Positions 1 through 14,391 of a stretch of 64,000 nt of DNA are shown here, one piece after another. Location: the NCBI GenBank assembly GCA_964016885.1, contig OZ024741.1:393824001-393888000 (forward strand), given 5' to 3'. Under the pieces are notes generated by a model. It had not been told where the DNA came from and searched no databases. It was given only the letters and a program-made list of their open reading frames with translations. The stretch comes from Eledone cirrhosa (lineage: Eukaryota). How positions within the stretch are numbered: the first letter of the stretch is position 1; each line of letters starts with the position of its first letter. The position numbers and the translations under genes are program-made.

Positions 1-1250
1 TATGTGTTGTTTAATGTACAATAACCGTTCAAACTCAGTTTTGGCATACATATCAACTAAATACATTTGGAATAATAGTTTACATCTTACAATTTGATTT
101 CAAGTATTTCTTAGTTGTAAATGATATGCATAATCTTACCTACATGTGACTTTTTATTTGGGATTGTTTGATTTGTATTTGGGTTGTATAAAGGTAAATC
201 CAATGAATAGCCATCATTTCCTCTCCAATGAATCAAAGGATATTGTAATGGATCATAGGATCTATGTAATTCATTAATTTTCTTTACAGTATTATCTTTG
301 AGTAAAAATGATGTCTCTTTATGGAAATTCAGTTCCAACCATTACTAATACCACATCGTTAGATACTCGGTCATTGTACCTTCGTGCATGCTCACCAGCT
401 GGTACTCTATCTGCACAAATTGACAATTGAAGATTAGGATTGTTAACCAAAGATGCCATATTTTTAATTTTAAGCTCACTATTTTCAAAAGCATCTCTTG
501 AATGTCTCATAGCGTGTAAGTGTGTTTCAGAAAATCTACTATTTCTGATATTAATTTGTTCATTTAAATCATCAATAAAATAAACTTGAGCATATTTAGG
601 AATATTATCAACTGTATTATACAATGAACTTATTCTGTGATAAATTTGACCTTGTATTTTAAAAACTGGAATGAATCCCGGCAGAGATATTGATTCATCG
701 ACTCCAAAGGATGTCATTGAAAGCAATTTGTTGTTTTTTTTTATATTCTTTAAGAAGTTTTTGGAATCCCGAGTCCCCCCCCCCCCCAGCATTAGTGTAT
801 TTAAAGGTTCAGGTGATCTTTCAATCAAATTCAATTTAACTTTACCATTTGAACAATATAATCCCTTAGGTTCATCTTTGAATAGTTTTGCACTGAAATG
901 GTTACAAACTACTGACATTGTTCCTAAATTTGATAGTTTATCATAATTTTTACTTGGATCATATTCAAATGCTGCATTTGCAAATGATTTAACAGAACTA
1001 CGTAGTTCAGCATACCTAGATATTTTTACTTGAGTTACAATTTCTTGTTCGTCCCTATGTCTGAGAATGTCTTGCTTCATTGTGAGAAATTCTATTTTCC
1101 TCTCTTATTTCATCTCTTCTTTTTTTCTGTCAAATTTCCTGTTTTCGTCTCTAATTTTATTTCTCCTTTGAATTAAGCGCCTTTCCCGTCTTTGTCTTTG
1201 ATACTCTCGATTTTTTGCTCTTTGAATTTTTTTCTCTTCTTCATTCATTT
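1..1250 (-). mobile_element. Autonomous-type Helitron Rep/helicase ORF, N-terminal part, frameshifted; runs off the window start
   Basis: ORFs 319-1080 and 111-338 carry Helitron motifs: C..CSNGKVKL, SMTSFG, FKIQGQIYHRI, YAQVYFID, ADRVPAGEHARRYN, HRSYDPLQYPL..WRG.DGY. Confidence 0.85.
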
Positions 1251-1776
1251 CCTTTCTCTTTCGGCGCTTTCTTTCTGAGCTATTTGTACATCATTAATAT
1301 TATTGTTGTTTAAGTTAGTAGTTGCATTGAAAGGGTTATCATTATTATGCGCTGTATTGATATCGCAATTTTCTGAAGTGACACTGTTGTTAAATGAATT
1401 TGTGTCATTTGCTTCCATGGTGAAAAAAAGTATAGAGTTATACATAGAGGAACAAATCAACGTGCATGTGTTGTAGAAGCTAAGGTTTATTTTGCTGTCA
1501 TATCTAGCAAGACACGTTACCACAACATGGCCCTTGCGTGTACGACAGACAGACACACAGACAGATAGATAAAGGGCCATCCTCAGCCCCTCTAACACAC
1601 AGATGATGTAATGACTGCGACGTTATAGTTCTCTGTCTATCTACTCTCTCACTACCTCTCTCTTGTTGGCTTCGTTTTGCTACGTTACCACGTCATCATT
1701 CTCTCTCTCTCTATATATATATTATAACCCCCTCTCTCTATATATATAATAACCCCCTCTCTTTTTCTATATTATA

Positions 1777-1856
<80 letters not shown>

Positions 1857-1977
1857 CACACACACCCCTCTCTTGAGTACGCTGGTGCGTTATGGTCCAT
1901 CTGGTTCCTTACCACACTTCCTTCGTTATATATATATATATATATATATGCGTGTGTGTGTTTGTTGCATATATATA

Positions 1978-2345
1978 CATCATCATCATCATTTTACGTC
2001 CGCTTTTCGCTGCTTGCAAGGGTTGGACGGGTCCTATTCAGCACACCATCTCTCCACTTGTCACGGTCCTTCGTCATCTCCTCGGTGAGTTTCAGCGATC
2101 TGAGGTCTGCTCTCACCACCGCCGCCCATATTTTTCGTGGTCTTCTACTGCATCTTCCCTCTACTGGGATTTCCTGGCACTTCTTCACCCAGTAGTAATC
2201 CTCCATGCGTATCACATGTCCATACCATCTCAGCCTTCTCTCCTGCACACCACAACTTATCCCTCTTATACCCAGTTTCTTTTTCAACTCGTCTATGCTT
2301 GGTCGTTCACACACATTGACATTGCACAGCGGAGCATATATACAT
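1978..2345 (-). mobile_element. 5'-truncated RTE-clade LINE 3' end
   Basis: ORF 1994-2383: RRLRWYGHVIRMED...VEGRCSRRPRKIW...DRDKWR; (ATG)n tail seen as catcatcat at 1978-1991. Confidence 0.8.
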
Positions 2346-2348
2346 ATA

Positions 2349-3544
2349 CTAGCTGGCCCGTCCGGCTGGCGCCGGGTTACCATTGCCGTGTTCTATGGCA
2401 TCCATATATATATATAGCTGACGTACCTAGCTTCGCTTGGATAAACAGACGATAAGCCGTCTGTGTAGTATAGTATTACTGTTGAAAATATATAGTATAG
2501 TATTACTGTTGAAAATATATAGTACATTATTACTGCTGAACATATATAGTATAGTACAGTATTACTGTTGAAAATATATAGTACAGTATTACTGTTGAAA
2601 ACATAGTATAGTATTACTGTTGAAAATATATGGTATAGTATTACTGTTGAAAATATAAAATATAATATTACTGTTGAAAACATATAGTGTAGTATAGTAT
2701 TACTGTTGAAAATATATAGTGTAGTACAGTATTACTGTTAAAAATATATAGTATAGTATTACTGTTGAAAATATATAGTATAGTATTACTGTTGAATATA
2801 TATAGTATAGTATTACTGTTGAATATATATAGTATAGTATAGTATTACTGTTGAAAATATATAGTATAGTATCACTGTTGAAAATTTATAGTATAGTATT
2901 ACTGCTGAAAGTATATAGTTTAGTATAGTATTACAGTTGAAAACATAGTACAGTATTACTGTTGAAAATATGTAGTATAGTATAGTATTACTGTTGAAAA
3001 TATGTAGTATAGTATAGTATTACTGTTGAAAATATATAGTATTGTATTACTGTTGAAAATATATAGTATTGTATTACTGTTGAAAATATATAGTATTGTA
3101 TTACTGTTGAAAATATATAATATTGTATTACTGTTGAAAATATATAGTGTAGTATAGTATGACTGTTGAATACATATAGTATAGTATTACTGTTAAAAAT
3201 ATGTACACGAATATATAATTATATATATATAATTAATTAAAAGTTGGTTAGAAGCGAAGTCAATGAAGACAGGTAGACTTACAGACAGATATTATAAGCG
3301 CGAGACCATATAGCTATGTATCTATCTAAAAAGACAGAGTAAGAGGAATGACGTATTATATATATTATATATAATAAAGTACCAGTAATGTACTGGAATA
3401 ATTGCTGGCCTTGTGCCAAAAGCAGAAACAATTATACTTCTTTTTTAAACAACTGTAAATAACATGTTTATGTATGTATATATACGTATAAAGGAATGCT
3501 GTAATAAAATGTACAAATTAAACTGTCTCTTTTTTATATAAACA

Positions 3545-3588
<44 letters not shown>

Positions 3589-3950
3589 TATATATATATA
3601 CACACTATATATATACATATACACACACGCACACAGATAGAAAAGTCAATGTACAGAATGGCTTTCATGATGCAGACAGCCAGATATACAGAGACATAAT
3701 TATAAGGGCGCGACGTTATAGCTATGTATCTATCTAAAAAGACAGACTAAGAAAGAGAGAGGAATGTCCTATAACCGGAAGTATTGACATTTGAAGATTT
3801 TAAATAATATCTTTAATCTTTTAACAAAATTTAATACCCTCACTTTCTCACTTGGAAAAAGTTATATCTATGGTGCAAATTTGATACCGTTTGGTACAGC
3901 CGTTTGGCGAAAAGTTTGTCACATACATACGGTCGTCAGCTTTATTAGTA
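2349..3950 (-). mobile_element. Non-autonomous Helitron carrying a minisatellite
   Basis: Minus-strand 3' end CCGGC-GCCA-GCCGG hairpin + CTAG|T at 2349; 5'-type head TATACTAATAAAG..GTATGTATGT near 3950; internal blocks shared with 20135-20165 and 23405-23472. Confidence 0.6.
2465..3200. repeat. Minisatellite, ~27 bp unit AGTATAGTATTACTGTTGAAAATATAT
   Basis: Over 20 tandem copies with variable AGTAT sub-repeats. Confidence 0.95.
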
Positions 3951-4379
3951 TATATATATATATATATATATAGGGAGGGGGTGATATCGTTTCAAACAAA
4001 ACCCATTTATATATGAATATATATGTATGATATAATATATATATACTGTTATAGTGGTGACTTTTTTATGGGTTTTACTTTCCCTTTTTTTAGCGTTTTT
4101 AACGTACTCAAGGTATTTCTGTATCATACTATTTTCTGTGTGACGATTCTTTTAGTGCATTTACTACGGTAACTGTGTAGGTTATGGTTAAGATTGGGAT
4201 TAGAGTTTGCATTAAGCATATAAGATATGTTTATGTTTATGATTAATAAATATATAATCTCGCTTTGAAGCTGTGATCATGTCGCAGATGACTCAATAAA
4301 CGTGTGACAACGCCTGACATTGGTGTTTCAGATGTTTTATATGCAAAATTATATGTTATAACTTGTTTTCTCACACGCC

Positions 4380-4830
4380 ATGCTGCTCTCAACCAGGTCA
4401 TCAAGTATAACATGTAGGTTTCCCCTCCCAGCTCGAGCCGGTGAGGCTGGACCAAGGGGACGGCAAAAGGCCAGACAGCATTACGATCTTCTCGTTTCGT
4501 GGTGGTAAATCCCTCAACTGGGATGCCACATGCAACGTCACTTTCTCCAGCGGCAACCTGATGCAATCTGCAACTAACCCAGGCTCTGCTCCACTTCGGG
4601 TCGAGGAGGGTAAACTCTTCAAACATCAGTCACTCTCCGACAGGTTTGCGGTTGAGCCCGTAGCAGTGGTGACATCATGTGTCCTTGGCTCTAGGTCCAC
4701 CTCCCTGTTCACCACCATCGGCACGGAGTTGGCTATCCGCAGATGTAAGCATCGCAAGATGGAATGCCTCTTCCAACGCGTCTCCCTCACCATTCTCCGG
4801 CGAAACGCCTTCTCCATTCTGTCTGCCAAG
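4380..4830 (+). mobile_element. C-terminal restriction-like endonuclease fragment of a CRE-type non-LTR retrotransposon
   Basis: KRPDSITIFSFRGGKSLNWDATC...EPVAVVTS...LFQRVSLTILRRNA resembles the RPDG..WDATC..FQRLS.A.QRGNA pattern. Confidence 0.65.
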
Positions 4831-5629
4831 GCAGCGAAGCGGCCAGCGGCTGGGCAACAAATTGCTCATAATAGTGAGGGATGGGGAGAGCGGGAGAGAC
4901 GGAGGCAGTGACAGTGGGAGTTTGGTCCTTTTGTGTTCGGACCTAGTATATATATGTGTATATAAGAAAGAATGAGTCTAAAGGCTAAAATTAGTATGTT
5001 TCTTCTATAACTACTAGGCTAGTTGAGACATTGTCTAAACAAAAGGACGAACTCTAAAAGAGCAATTGTAAAAGTGTTTTCAAGAAATTGCAATAATATC
5101 TGTTAGTACCGAGTGAGTGAACATCAACAATGATGAACGAAAATCCTTTTGTTAAATATTAGTTCGTTTAGAATTGTTATCTGCAGTACCTTGATACTAC
5201 TGTTCTTACTGGCGATATTCTGTATGTTGTTTACTAATATTGGGAAATTATAATCTTTACATTAGTAACACGTGCCATTCTGCTTTAACTCTACATTTAT
5301 TACATTATGTATTTTATATTTCTTTAATATCATTTTCTACCTATTGCCTCTTAATACTTCTTTAACATCACTTACTGAGTTGATATAATTATTAATTATA
5401 AACCAGTGTAAACTATATTTAATAGTGGAACTACGTAAACCTTGAATATACAGTACAAGTGAGGCGTTTTTCTTCGTTTTTCATTTCTAAAAGAATACAG
5501 AAGTAAATAGTACAATTTCTTAAAAGAACTAAACATTGCTCCTATATAATTGTTCTACTATTTTCTGTGACAACTGTACAATTATATACTATATTCGCCC
5601 TATACACATACATGGATACACATACATGG

Positions 5630-7130
5630 ATATCGGGTCGAACAGTTTTGGACCCGTTTTCTGAGGGTAGAGCGCTGCAATGCATAGTGGCATCAGCTTT
5701 GTGGTGAGATGGAACGGTCACCTTTTGGAACCGGTTAACATCATGCTCTCAGTTCGACAGGGTTGTTTCCATTCGTCCCTATTATTTACATTGATTCTAG
5801 AGGCATTACTGCACAAGCTGGAGGCGTTGAGGAGCACCCCACGTGAATTAGGATACGAGAGAACCGTGTCAGCTTATGCCAACGACTTCACTGTAGTGGT
5901 GTTGAGCGTCAAACACATCGAAGCGATCGGCACTGCTCTGAGAGAATTCGAGGGGGTGACAGGAACAAAAATGAACCAAAAATTGTCGGTGGGCCTGCGG
6001 CTCGGTACCTTGAGAGGCAGGTCCACGCAGTCCAACAGCGTCGTCGGGCGCTGGACGGACGGACCGGTTAAATTGATCGGGGTCTAATTTGGCCGGGACC
6101 TCCTGACGGACAAAAACTGAGACGAGGTGACGAGCAGGGTGACCACTCTCACCCAGAAATGGGCCGAGAGGAAGCTATCCCTGAAAGGTTGGGTGGTTGT
6201 GGCCAATGCGTACATCGCGTTTGTCATCTACTACCGCCTGATCATCGTTGCCTTGTCCAAAATCTCGTCTGACTAGACTGAAGCGTTTGCTCTTTCGCTT
6301 TTTGTGAAAGAGACGCGCTCCGATGGAGAAGTGGTACATCTGCTGCCAACACTCAATGCGTGGTGGACTGGGCTTGCCGTGGCTGATCATGCGCAGACAT
6401 GCGCTAATGCTACGATATCTCCAGCTTTCCTTGAATAGCGAACTCGCACGGTTTTCCCCAGCTCATCTTTTTAACGGTGCTGCAATCCTGTGTTACGCGG
6501 AGAACCAGGGGAAGCACTTGGAGGGTAGAATGTCTTCAGGTGATCACAACCATCAGCCAATAGGGCGCTACGATTGATGGAAACTCCACCTTAGCGTTCT
6601 ATAGAGCGTTAGTGATAGGTAAAAGCGACGGCGTTTTGGGAGAAATTCTGGGCGTCGACGAAAATCAACTAACCATTCTCTTCCGCTGGACTTTCGGTCC
6701 AGCGCCAATGGATAACTTCTAGAAATATCTGGTCTTGCCTGGCTTTGCCGGACCGGGATAAACTCTACAGCCATAGAAATGACGGCAGCCGGGCATGTCC
6801 AAGATGCAATAAGGGCGACGAAGCCGTCGTGTATGCACTCGTCCTGTGTCCAAGTATCGCTGGCTTGTGGGTCTATCTCGAGTACCTGCTGTCACGTGTG
6901 CAACGATTCCGACCACCACCACCCTACATTAGCCACGAAGGGCAGGCTGTTTTTGTCTGTCTGTTGGCCATGGCGAAAGAGTTCATATGGTGGACGCATC
7001 TGAAAGTGCTGAAGACGGGCACTTTTCTTTTCGGCGAGCCCCTGATTAACTTCTTCAGGTTTCACTTGAGGAAAATCAGGGCGGAGGTAGAAGTGCAGCC
7101 TTCAAAGCAATTTGTTGAAAGATGAGTGAA
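5630..7130 (+). mobile_element. Tx1/L1-clade LINE ORF2 3' half, degenerate
   Basis: SVRQGCFHSSLLF, SAYAND (YADD), GGLGLP, CPRC..E...ALVLC zinc-finger region; homologous to 10150-10890. Confidence 0.85.
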
Positions 7131-7259
7131 AGAGGCGAGAATAACAACAACAGCCACAACAACTAACAGTAGCAACAGTATCAACGAAAACAATAATAAT
7201 AACAACAAGACCAGTAGCAGCAGTAGCGGCAGTAATAATGGTACCACTGAAAAAGGGAC

Positions 7260-8667
7260 CACTTCTTAGAGACGGGGACCACCAATATAGAGACAGTGGT
7301 AGTCAAGGAAGAGGAGATGGCAGTTGCAAGGGCCATGGTGACTTGGAAAGAAAATAGAGTCTTCCTGAAACCTCCATCAGAGGTTTTCAAAGATCAACAG
7401 TTGCGGACCGTTACATACCACACATTAAGCAAAAAGGCACATCGGGTGGAGAGAGCCACGGAGGCTCAAATTCAAAAGGCCTTAGGATGCGTGTGGGCAC
7501 GCAAAACTCACATCACCCGAGGCAAAAGGTATGCCACTGTGGATGTGCTTTTTGCCACCCCTCAAGAGGCGAAGTCTCACTCTTTGGTAACCCTAAAGAG
7601 TGAGGAGATAGTTTTTTGGTGCCTTCCTACTGCAGGCAGAAGGCTGTGAGGGTCAAAGTTACCAAGGTCCCGGCCGACGTGTCCATACCTTGTCTGGCCG
7701 CGTCTGCCCTTGTCGAAATCGAAGACAGGACGACCATGCTGCAAGTGCAGAGGTTAGGGAGAACTGGTCAGGTATTAGAATGCAAATGCTAATACAAACT
7801 AACCAGGAGTGTATCGAGGCTATCCCGGATGTTATAGACATCGAAGAAGGAGTTCAACTCCCCATAAACATGGGAGGAAGGCGCCCAAAGTGCTATCTCT
7901 GTGGGTCGAAGGGTCACCTCAGGGCCTTTTGCTCGCAGAAGACAACAAAGGAGAAAGTCCCCCTCCTTCCGACGCCTGGTCCACTGCTACCAGGAGCAGG
8001 ACAAGCAACAGAGGCGTCAGACTATTCCGTGGTGAGTAGGAGAGCAACGTCTGTGGCACTCGTACCAAGGCGACGGAGAACTAGAACCACGGCAGCAGTG
8101 GCGGCAACACTAACAGTCGCAGTAGCTACACAGGCAACAAAATCGCAGGAGCGGGCTCTACTACGACCACCAACAGCCGTGGAGTTCATATCCCTCCCAG
8201 ACCCCACGGAATCCGACATGGAGTGTGAGGCGGGAGTGGAGTGGCAAAAGGTCTGCCACAAAAAGAAAAGGAAAACCCCCTTAGCTTCGCCCTCCAAAAG
8301 AGAGGGAAAACAAAGAGGGGAAAAGGCGGCAAGGCGACTCGCAGCAACGCCACCACCATCACCACTAACAACCACCACACCACCATCACCACAAACACCA
8401 ATATCGCAAATACAACAAGGCAAACATAGCCCCCCCCCCAAAAAAAAAGAAAAAAAACATTACACAGCCATAAACATGGCAAAAAAAGAACTCTTAGAAT
8501 ATATAAAGCAGCACACAGACATTAAGGACAAACATTACTACACCCCACCAACACCAAGAACATTCCCGGAAAATATAAACATTATTGAAATTAAAATAGA
8601 ACATTATAAACATTTAAAAGAAAAATTCCCCAACGTAGTTGGGGACTTCAGGGTGTCGGTTACCTAG
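7260..8667 (+). pseudogene. Tx1/L1-clade LINE ORF1 (zinc knuckle), frameshifted
   Basis: CYLCGSKGHLRAFC CCHC knuckle, basic/Pro-rich tail, immediately upstream of ORF2. Confidence 0.75.
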
Positions 8668-8789
8668 AGAATATACACGGACATTATCTTGGAGACACCC
8701 ATGACCAGGAAAAGGGACGGTTCGACTGTCCCTTTCCCACACGATCAAGGTAAGTGAACCTTTCTCACTTACTCCATTCCTCACCCAAC

Positions 8790-10895
8790 ATGGCCTTGCT
8801 TAGAATAGGCAGTGTAAAAATTAGTGACCTGGGTCAACTTGGAAGCAGAGCCGCCTTCTTAACGACCTCAGATCACTACACACAGGGCCATCTTCTTGGA
8901 CCCAGAAGGTAAGTCGGTGGTGGTGGACGTGACCGTCCCGCTGTTTAGTGTTAGTGGGTGACTGGAACGGTATCTTAGATGCACGCTGGGATTATGTGGG
9001 GCTAGTAAATAAGGGAGGAGGATGTAAAAGCCTCACCAACCTGATCAGACGTTTTCAACTGTCTGACAGGTATCGACTGAATTATCCGAATGTGCCAATG
9101 TGGACATGGACAAACAGCATCGGGTCATCCAGATTGTATCTAGATAGGGTATTCTGTAGGGAAACAGATAAGGCTAGTGTACATTGTCCACAATTTAAAG
9201 TAGTCGACTACACGGACCACAAATTTGTGATAGGTGAAGTTGACTTAGATAGACTTCATAGGCAAGGACCCGGTTACTGGAAGCTGAACGCGTCTTTCCC
9301 GGCGCACAAAGCTTACAGAGACCGGATTAGCGAATTAGTTAAGCGTGCGTTGAAGGGTGCGATCGTCAACAACAGGTGGTGGTTTACCCTGAAAATGGCA
9401 ATTAGAGTAGAATCGATAGGGTTTAGCAAAGGAGTAAAGATAGAGGAAAATAGAGTAGTAGGAGAGGCATCGCAACCGACGTGCTTGCGGCGAGATTGGC
9501 ACTCGACTAATTCTTCAACGCAAAGCACGAAGGCTGCTTTCTCAGAGCTAGTGCACGTGCTCTGAGACACGAGGGGACGAAAGCTCGGGTGGTGGAGGCG
9601 CGACATGGTAACAAAGCCACAATTCAGTCTTTGTCTGACCACAGCGGGTGCATGATACTCGAACCCGAGCAGATGTGTGAGGCTTTTCAGCAGCACTTTG
9701 CTCAACTGTTGGAGAGCAGCGGCGGTATGGATCGGTGAACTTCGGTGCATACCGTGACGGACTGCCGCGGCTCTCCACGACTGCAGTGCAGTATTGCACA
9801 ACGCCGATAACAGCAGATGAAATACGGGAAGCGATGTCCGACTGCAACTAGCAGCAGAACGGAAGCATTCCCAGTTTTGTGAGCCGGGGAGTGGTGGCGC
9901 TGCTGAGAAAAGACCCGAACAAGGGGGACGTTATAGACAACTTCAGGCCCATAACTCTGCTAAACGCAGAGTTCAAGATTTTGGCCAAGTTGTTAGCAAA
10001 CAGATTGGCGCTTGTCATAGGTGATCTAGTGGCAGAGGCGCAGACATGCGCCATCCGGGCAGATCCACCCACACAACCTCCACCTCATGCGATACATCAT
10101 AGAGAGGGTGGTTAAAAAACTTGGCATGGGTGGGGCCCTGATCAACTTGAATCAATGTAAGGCATTTGATAGGGTCGACCATCGGTACCTGGATGCGGCC
10201 CTCGATGTGGCCGGCTTCGAGCCCGTTTTCAGGGGTTGGATCATTGTGTTGCACAGCGACATCTGCTCGGTGTGTGGGTGAACGTTCACCTGACACAGAC
10301 ATTCGGCATCATGCGCTCGGTCCACCAGGGTTGCCCCCTCTTGTCTCTCTTGTACGTACTGGCCCTCGAGACGTTACTGCACAAATTGGAGGCGATGAGG
10401 GGTGTCCCACGTGAACTGGGATGCGGGAGATCCGTATCGGTTTACGCCGACAATGTCACCGTGGTGGTGTCGAGCACCGGACACGTCCAGATGCTCGGCA
10501 TCATTCTCAAGGAATACGAAACGGTGACAAGAGCAAAGTTAAACCAGGAAAAGTTGTCGGGCTTGTAGCTCGGCACCTGGCGAGGCAAGTCCATGTCGTC
10601 CGACAGCGTCGTGGGGCGCTAGACGGAAGGACCGATTAAATTGCTCGGGGTCTGGTTTGGTCCGGACCTCCAGATGGAGAAAAACTGGAGCGAGGTGACG
10701 AGCAGGGTGGCTTCTCTCACCCAGAAATGGGCAGAGAGAAAGCTGTCCCTGAAAGATCGGGCGGAGGTGGCGAATGCGTACATCGCATCCGTCATCTGCT
10801 ACCTCCTGACCGTCGTTGCCTTGCCCCGGCCCAACTCTGACAAAAAAAGGGAGTGCCTCCTCTTCAGCTTTTTGTGGAAGGGATGTGCTCCCATC
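8790..10895 (+). mobile_element. Tx1/L1-clade LINE ORF2 (APE endonuclease + RT), degenerate, 3'-truncated
   Basis: LVGDWN, SRLYLDRVF, TDHK, GPGYWKLN, NFRPITLLNAEFKILAK, KAFDRVDH, SVHQGCPL, YADN; many stops and frameshifts. Confidence 0.9.
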
Positions 10896-12299
10896 GATAT
10901 CTTTTATTTATACGTATGTATATGTATGTGTATGTATGTGTATATATGTGTATCGGTATGTGAATGTAATTGTATGTATGTGTATATATGTGTATGTATG
11001 CATATGTTTGTGTATGTGTGTATGTGTGTGTGAGTATATATGTATATGCATATGTGTGTGTATATATATATGTTTTTTTGTTTTTTTAATCTGTAAATTA
11101 TAATAAATGTGGTGTGTTAACTTGCTTACCAATGTATACAGAGGATGTATTTGCCCTAGGTGTCAGAAAGAGACTCGGCATAAACAATGCTGAAGAAAAA
11201 GGAAAAACAATAAGAATAAGAATAATAGTTAAAAGTCGAAGTTGTAGCCGCGGCAGAGCAGATACCAATCGACGTGCTTGAGGCAGCCACAAAGCACTTA
11301 TTGGTCCAGAGTAAATACAAAGTCAGGAAATAGATACAAAACACGCGTCAGGATTAGTTGATAGCTTTTGTTACTTACGTGATCAAATCTGTTGTACGGA
11401 AAGAATCTTAGCCATAATGAAAATGGTGTGAAAGAAATTCACTGTGCTATTATCGCTGCTGGCAATAAAAGGCCTTTCTCTCTCAGCGAAAATAAACTAT
11501 ATAATGCATGTGTAGTAGCAGCTAGTTCTATTAGAACTCTCTAGTCTCCGAGAGGAGCACATTGTGGAGGCCAATGAGGTATGTGAAATATGCAGAACAG
11601 ATGAAACTATATCGAAACAGCTTAAATGTGAGCCCATTAGCGTAGAATAAACAGGGTTCGCAAGCCAGTCTCTCAACAGAGCCCACAATTTGCTGGGCGT
11701 CTATAGGCGAACGGCCATCAAGTTAACCAACGAGAGAGTAAAAGTTGATTCAAGGTAGCTGTAACATGTGAAAAGAGATCCCTGAATAGTGCAGTAGCAG
11801 GTAGAGTGAACTATTCATCAATCTAGAGGTGAGAGTCACCTTACTAAGCGTGCTTCATGTTGAAATACCTGAAATACACATTAACCTTTCCTAACCTTTC
11901 CTAACCTCTCCTGTCCAGGTGCATCACAAGATGATATGTGAATATATATATATATATAATAAGCATACCACAGACTCGTGAAGCCTTAACATAATTCTCA
12001 AACAGATTAAGCACGATACTGTTTTTCTTTAATTACAGGCCCAGTCCATCTTACGGGCGCAGTGAAATTCAACCCGGAACATAATTATTGTGAAGCGTCC
12101 ATAATACAAAAGTAGCACGCTTTTTAAAAATCCACATATTACTAAATAAGTTTACTTTAGCACAAAAGCTTTACATAAAGGCATTGTGTTTACTTTGGCT
12201 ACTTAGGGCCGTTTTTCCCTGGTATGTTCACCGGAAAACTAAAAGAAGAGATTTATTTACTTTTCCCAGTTAAGAAAGCTTATATAAGGATCACAAAAA

Positions 12300-13023
12300 C
12301 TTTTCTGGCAAACCAGGAGCAGACATCTTCACTGAATTAGTAGACTACATGCTCTAACATATCATTAGGATATAAAACACAAGAAAAATTTAAGTGCGGT
12401 AGCAGGGAAATTGGAATATATATATAATGGCATATTACTGCTAAAATCTTCGAGAGGATTGTTCTGATAAATCCCACTCTAGAGGGCCCAATAAATTAAG
12501 TTTTTCACGTGTTGAATGACTGATCAATTTATATGGCTTATGTTAATTAAAAATTATAATTTCTATAGATTCTAATGCTAGTGTTCTTGTATTTTATGCA
12601 GAAATAAACTCAGATGTTTAATAGCATGTAATAGCATGTAATATATAAATAACATTAATATTCTTGCTATTTCAAGATCAAAATAGCTTGATCGTATTAA
12701 TTAAAACTAATACGACAGGTATGATACTATTTTTGGAATAAACAATCCCAAAATGCCCTAAAATAAATCTAAATTCTAGAGTGTTACTGGGATCTCGAAT
12801 TTTGTTTCTCACTTGGATACATAAGCATATATAATATGCTGTTTCGCCAAATTTAGAAATGACAGAAAATAACCAGTACCTCAATCAGAACCCCAAATAT
12901 ACACGATAATAGGCCTAATTTCTAACAAAGCAGTTTGCTTTTTTATTATATTTATTATATATATATATATATTTATTATATATATATATATATTTATTAT
13001 ATATATATATATATTTATTATAT

Positions 13024-13083
<60 letters not shown>

Positions 13084-13700
13084 GTATGTACTAAGATTGC
13101 ATGTTCAACAAGCAAGCAGCATAGTCAATGCAAATAGAGCATAATTTATTCTTCATATACTATTTGCTGAGGATGCAGTTCCTGTGGCGACACCTTTTGA
13201 ATAAGGTCAATTAATTGTTGAACATTTCTCGCATGTTGCTAAAGTTTTTTGGTCTCACCATAAACTTATAGAAAATAAAATTCACCGAAACAAAAGCATC
13301 CAGCCTGTCCATAATCTTTCAAAAGAGCACATAAAAATGGATGGTCATTACTTCAAATAAGTAAAATCATTCCACTATTTGAGAAGCAGAATTAATGGAA
13401 ATACCCTCATGGATAATCAAATCATACATAAGTTATTTACGCTTCTGACTCCTCTAATAAATTGCAGCATCGTATCTGGAGCAAGAAAAGTCTTACTCTG
13501 AACTGAAAACAAAAATTGATGTGCATGGAGCAATAGTCTTTTCTGCTTTACTTAACGAATCTGAGACGAGGGCTTTTATATAATTTGCGTAAACTTTCTA
13601 TAATCTTTGCTTATTGAAATTTTCTTATCAAGTCTTAATTTTGCACCATTTATAAATGGTGCTTCGAGTGTTGAGAAACCCCTCTTAAGATACAAAAACT
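12300..13700 (+). mobile_element. Very old RTE-like RT remnant interrupted by (TA)n
   Basis: Manual translation gives AKIFERIVL (~12438), LFAEDA (~13160) and VKSFHYLRS (~13361). Confidence 0.45.
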
Positions 13701-14207
13701 AACTGAAAACGAATTCATCAAATTTTAAGATACACATAATATCCTTCGAAAGAATGGCGCAAGATTACAAATTTGGGTGCAAATAATGTTACAATCTATA
13801 TATAAATTTCTGCGATTCTGTCACAACACGTAAAGAGAGATAAGTAGTGACTACCTTATACTACTCCTATCTCTTTACGTCTGCTGCCTGCTTGAATGTA
13901 TGTGCGTGTAAAATTCTCGTACAATAAATGACTATGTCTCAAAAATTAGATAAGCTAATAGAAAACAGGGAAAATAAAAAAAATTGAATCTTGATTGTCA
14001 ACAGTTTGCTTCGATCGTTCTTTGATTTGTGAGAACTGTTACTGTGTTCGTCTCGCAGGAAACATAAACATTAGATGATTGACTGAGTGATTAGATCCCA
14101 TGCGTCAAAATCGACATGAGAATTTATCATAATACAAATGCAGTAAAACCTAAAAAATTCCATTATAGTTTAATGAAAATCTTTTATTCTTCATTATGAA
14201 TACCTTG

Positions 14208-14391
14208 ATGAATTGGCAGTATCGGTAGAGGGTCGGACGCCATGCTTTCCACCATAGTTACGTCCCTTTACGATCTAAGTTCAAATCCTGCCGAGGTTGA
14301 CTTTGCCTTTCATCCTTACGGGGTCAATAAAATAAAGTACCAGTAATGTACTGGATAATTTCTGGCCTTGTGCCTAAAGTAGAAACAATTA
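14208..14391 (+). mobile_element. tRNA-derived SINE, family A
   Basis: A-box-like TGGCAGTATCGG, B-box GTTCAAATCC; 15-bp TSD ATTATGAATACCTTG (14193-14207 / 14388-14402). Confidence 0.9.

Noticed and set aside
2465-3200. CRISPR-like periodicity
   Set aside because: No unique spacers, no cas genes, eukaryotic context
14208-14300. tRNA gene
   Set aside because: A/B-box-like motifs belong to multi-copy SINEs with TSDs; no cloverleaf
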